Positions 60,980 through 64,000 of a stretch of DNA of 64,000 nucleotides are shown one piece after another. The translations under genes and the position numbers were made by a program. The DNA comes from Candidatus Moraniibacteriota bacterium (GTDB lineage: Bacteria; Patescibacteriota; Minisyncoccia; Moranbacterales; UBA1568), in the NCBI GenBank assembly GCA_963743885.1, contig CAVURJ010000001.1, positions 279,488-343,487 of the forward strand, given 5' to 3'. The number at the start of each line of letters is the position of its first letter. Within the stretch, counting starts at the first letter, position 1. The notes under the pieces were generated by a model. That model had not been told where the DNA came from. It worked only from the letters and a program-made list of their open reading frames with translations, and made no database searches.

Positions 60980-61137
60980 GTTTCCGACAAGAAACTCTTT
61001 TTGAAGAAAAAGAAAAACTCACCGCTCTTGTTTCTATCGAAACATTTCCCTCCCTCTTCACGACCTGAGGAAATCTTTCGAGAAACAAGAGCGTCTCAGA
61101 CAGTTTCTTTTTCTCAAAAAGACATCTTGCCGGAAAC
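60980..61137. repeat. Rod-like inverted-repeat element
   Basis: GTTTCCGACAAGA/TCTTGCCGGAAAC, CGCTCTTGTTTCT/AGAAACAAGAGCG; AAACTC/CTCAGACA loop as at 38.6 kb. Confidence 0.75.
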
Positions 61138-61220
61138 AGTCTTGCCCACCGATTTGTGAGTATCCGATTTTTTACGAACTAAAAAACCACCCTTCGATAA
61201 GTTCGGGGTGGTTTTTTCTG

Positions 61221-61397
61221 CTACTTCGCGTCTTTAGCGAGAGTGCGGATGGCCTTGGTCGAAAGGCGGAGCTTGACGCCACCTACGCGCTTGGTCTGAA
61301 CATTGACCTTGAAAGTGCGGCGGCTGGCGATGTTGGAGTGGCTCCGGGAATTGCCGGTGGCGGTTCCGCGTCCGGTGAGCTGGCATGTACGGCTCAT
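61221..61397 (-). CDS. rpmB: 50S ribosomal protein L28
   Basis: MSRTCQLTGR...GNSRSHS..RRTF.VNVQ. Confidence 0.95.
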   Translation of the reverse strand: MSRTCQLTGRGTATGNSRSHSNIASRRTFKVNVQTKRVGGVKLRLSTKAIRTLAKDAK

Positions 61398-61514
61398 AGA
61401 ATCCTGTTGAACAGTTACAAAAATGAGAGTATCATATCTTTGCTCCCTTGGCAAGGCTCCGCTCGGGAATCCGCCAAGAAGCTAAAAAGCTAATGAAGCT
61501 AAAAAGCTGTTTCT

Positions 61515-62237
61515 ATGGCCAATGAAATCGTCCTGGTCGGCTTCTATCTCCTGACGCTCGTCTACTCGGTCATCATCCATGAGGTCTCGCATGGCGTCGT
61601 GGCGCTGTGGCTTGGCGACCTGACGGCCAAATACGCCGATCGACTCAATCTCAATCCGTGGAAGCATATCGATCCGTTCGGATCGATCATCCTGCCGGCG
61701 CTCATGTTTGTGAGCACGGGGTTCGCGTTCGGCTGGGCCAAGCCGGTGCCGTACAACCCGTACAATCTGCGCGACCAGAAGTGGGGGCCGGTCCTCGTGG
61801 CGCTCGCTGGTCCGATCTCCAATCTACTCCTCGCGCTTGTGGCTGCTCTTACCGCTGCTGTGCTGCCGCTCTCATCGCTTGCCCGAATGGACATTATGGA
61901 CCGTTTCATTGGTGTCATCGCCGGCCGCGGGGATTTCATGGATCGTTTCGGATTGCTCGCCGAGGCGCTTTCCGGATCGTTTTCTGCTATCCTGTTTGGG
62001 CTTCTGCTCTTGGTCATCTTCTGGAATGTCGTCCTGGCTTGCTTCAATCTGCTACCTATCCCGCCGCTCGACGGTTCGAAGCTTCTCTATGCGCTCGTGC
62101 CGCTCCGTGAGCGGACCATGTTCCTGCTCGAGCAATATGGCCTTTTCTTCCTTATTTTCGCCATATTCTTCCTGGCTGGCCCGATCAGCTGGTTCATCAA
62201 TACAGTCCTCGGATTCTTCCTAGCGATTGCTGCATGA
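61515..62237 (+). CDS. Site-2 protease (M50) family
   Basis: HEVSHG, GWAKPVP, AGPISN, FNLLPIPPLDG. Confidence 0.93.
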   Translation: MANEIVLVGFYLLTLVYSVIIHEVSHGVVALWLGDLTAKYADRLNLNPWKHIDPFGSIILPALMFVSTGFAFGWAKPVPYNPYNLRDQKWGPVLVALAGPISNLLLALVAALTAAVLPLSSLARMDIMDRFIGVIAGRGDFMDRFGLLAEALSGSFSAILFGLLLLVIFWNVVLACFNLLPIPPLDGSKLLYALVPLRERTMFLLEQYGLFFLIFAIFFLAGPISWFINTVLGFFLAIAA

Positions 62238-62406
62238 GCCGGTAGGAGAGGACGGCGAATGCCGTCATTTTTCCCGGTATTTGCAATAGGGTTGACAGGA
62301 ATCCTGGAAATAGGGTAGTATGGCCTACACGGAAAGCCTCGGCTTTTCTGTTTTTTCTGAAACTGTTTTCGTATCGTTTTTTCGGACAATCCTTAACGTC
62401 ACCGCT

Positions 62407-62823
62407 GTGGCCACTATCAACCAGCTCATCAAGCGTCCTCGCAAGTCCGGGGCCAGGAAGTCGAAGTCTCCAGCAATGGGGTATTCGACCAACACTGTGA
62501 AGAACCGCAATACCTATCACGACAGCCCGTTCAAGCGCGGCGTCTGCATCAAGGTGTCGACCACTACGCCGAAGAAGCCGAACTCCGCTCTCCGCAAGAT
62601 CGCTCGCGTGCGTTTGACGAACGGCATGGAAGTGACGGCCTATATCCCGGGTGAGGGACACAACCTTCAGGAGCACTCGATCGTCATGATCCGCGGTGGC
62701 CGCGTGAAGGACCTTCCGGGCGTGCGCTATCACATCGTCCGTGGCACGTTTGATGCCGCCGGCGTAGCGCGCAAGCAGAGCCGCTCGAAGTACGGTGCGA
62801 AGAAGGATAAGAAGAAGGACTAA
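62407..62823 (+). CDS. rpsL: 30S ribosomal protein S12
   Basis: [25 protein letters not shown]; GTG start. Confidence 0.98.
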   Translation: MATINQLIKRPRKSGARKSKSPAMGYSTNTVKNRNTYHDSPFKRGVCIKVSTTTPKKPNSALRKIARVRLTNGMEVTAYIPGEGHNLQEHSIVMIRGGRVKDLPGVRYHIVRGTFDAAGVARKQSRSKYGAKKDKKKD

Positions 62824-62931
62824 TCTGGACAGGGCGCAGGGTATAGGAAAAATGGTATAGAGGCTGAATATATCGTTTTCCTGAAATTTTCCCTAACTCC
62901 CTAAACCCTTACCCCCTAAAACCTGTTATCT

Positions 62932-63399
62932 ATGCCACGAAGAAAGCGTAATTATCAGCGCGAATGGAAGCCGGATGCGGTCTATGACAATCCGCTGGTA
63001 GGTCATTTCATCGGCATGATCATGTGGAACGGCAAGAAGAGCGTCGCCCAGAAGATCATCTACGATGCATTTGATATCATCCACGAGCGCACCAAGAAGG
63101 GCGGGCTCAATACTTTCGAGCAGGCGATCAAGAACGTTTCCCCACTCCTCCAGCTTAAGAGCCGCCGTGTCGGCGGAGCCAACTACCAGGTGCCGGTCCC
63201 GGTGTCGAGTGAACGCCGCCAGGTGCTCGCGATGCGCTGGATCCGCGAGGCATGCCGCAACAAGAAGGGCAAGCCGATGTCTGAGAAGCTGGCCGATGAG
63301 CTGCTTGATGCTTCGAACAAGATCGGTGTCGCCATGAAGAAGCGCGACGAGACCCACCGCATGGCCGAGGCGAACAAGGCGTTTGCGCACTTTGCCTAA
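62932..63399 (+). CDS. rpsG: 30S ribosomal protein S7
   Basis: GKKSVA, RRVGGANYQVP, HRMAEANKAFAH. Confidence 0.98.
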   Translation: MPRRKRNYQREWKPDAVYDNPLVGHFIGMIMWNGKKSVAQKIIYDAFDIIHERTKKGGLNTFEQAIKNVSPLLQLKSRRVGGANYQVPVPVSSERRQVLAMRWIREACRNKKGKPMSEKLADELLDASNKIGVAMKKRDETHRMAEANKAFAHFA

Positions 63400-63529
63400 A
63401 AAAAGTTTAAAATCATGTTCACGAGTTAACGAGTTAACGGGTTGTTTTTTCAAAGAGCAACCTGTTTACTTTTCCGTTTTAAACGCGTTAACACGTGAAC
63501 CCGTTAACTGATAAATATTCAATAATCTT

Positions 63530-64000
63530 ATGTCCCGCAAGACTTCCATCGATCATTATCGCAATATCGGCATCATCGCCCATATCGACGCCGGCAAGAC
63601 GACGACGACTGAGCGCATCCTTTTCTATACCGGCATTACGCACAAGATCGGCGAGGTGCACGAAGGTGCAGCGACCATGGACTGGATGGAACAGGAACAG
63701 GAGCGCGGTATCACCATCACATCGGCTGCGACGACCTGTTACTGGAAGGGTCATCATATCAACATCATCGATACCCCTGGACACGTGGACTTCACCGTAG
63801 AAGTGGAGCGTTCTTTGCGCGTGCTTGATGGTGGTGTTGTCGTTTTTGATGGCAAGGAAGGCGTAGAACCGCAGTCTGAGACCGTGTGGCGCCAGGCGGA
63901 GAAGTATTCCGTTCCGCGCATGTGCTTTATCAACAAGATCGATAAGGAAGGCGCTGTCTTTGAAGATGCTATCGCTTCTATCTGGAACCGCCTGACTCCG
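63530..64000 (+). CDS. fusA: Elongation factor G (partial, runs off the window)
   Basis: [39 protein letters not shown]. Confidence 0.97.
   Translation, partial: MSRKTSIDHYRNIGIIAHIDAGKTTTTERILFYTGITHKIGEVHEGAATMDWMEQEQERGITITSAATTCYWKGHHINIIDTPGHVDFTVEVERSLRVLDGGVVVFDGKEGVEPQSETVWRQAEKYSVPRMCFINKIDKEGAVFEDAIASIWNRLTP

Overview
Chromosomal segment of a small-genome bacterium; gene set and protein style suggest Patescibacteria/CPR, Parcubacteria-like (inference only). Most of it is housekeeping: thrS, rpoB-rpoC, ftsK, recA, rpsF-ssb-rpsR-efp, gyrB, rplY, pth, lepB, hisS, ftsA-ftsZ-nrdR, split comEC, ndk, rpsL-rpsG-fusA and four tRNAs, plus an M3-type [FeFe]-hydrogenase. (1) A diversity-generating retroelement lies at about 39.0-40.3 kb. 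Its VR/TR pair differs at 18 positions, all TR adenines. The TR has a structured 5' RNA domain and is followed by an antisense, 5'-truncated avd-like gene; no reverse transcriptase is in the window. (2) There is a dense, nested set of non-coding palindromic micro-elements (15-54 bp) and 160-200 bp structured repeats. They sit inside tRNA copies, inside each other and in frame in proteins (pth, the HIT C-terminus), with no transposase in the window. (3) Both tRNA-Gly genes have trailers antisense to their own T-arm. (4) A PaaX/Cas2-like gene is bracketed by 37-bp palindromic repeats. (5) There are two promoter-to-terminator candidate structured RNAs. All alignments were done by eye; start codons were often trimmed from the ORF track.
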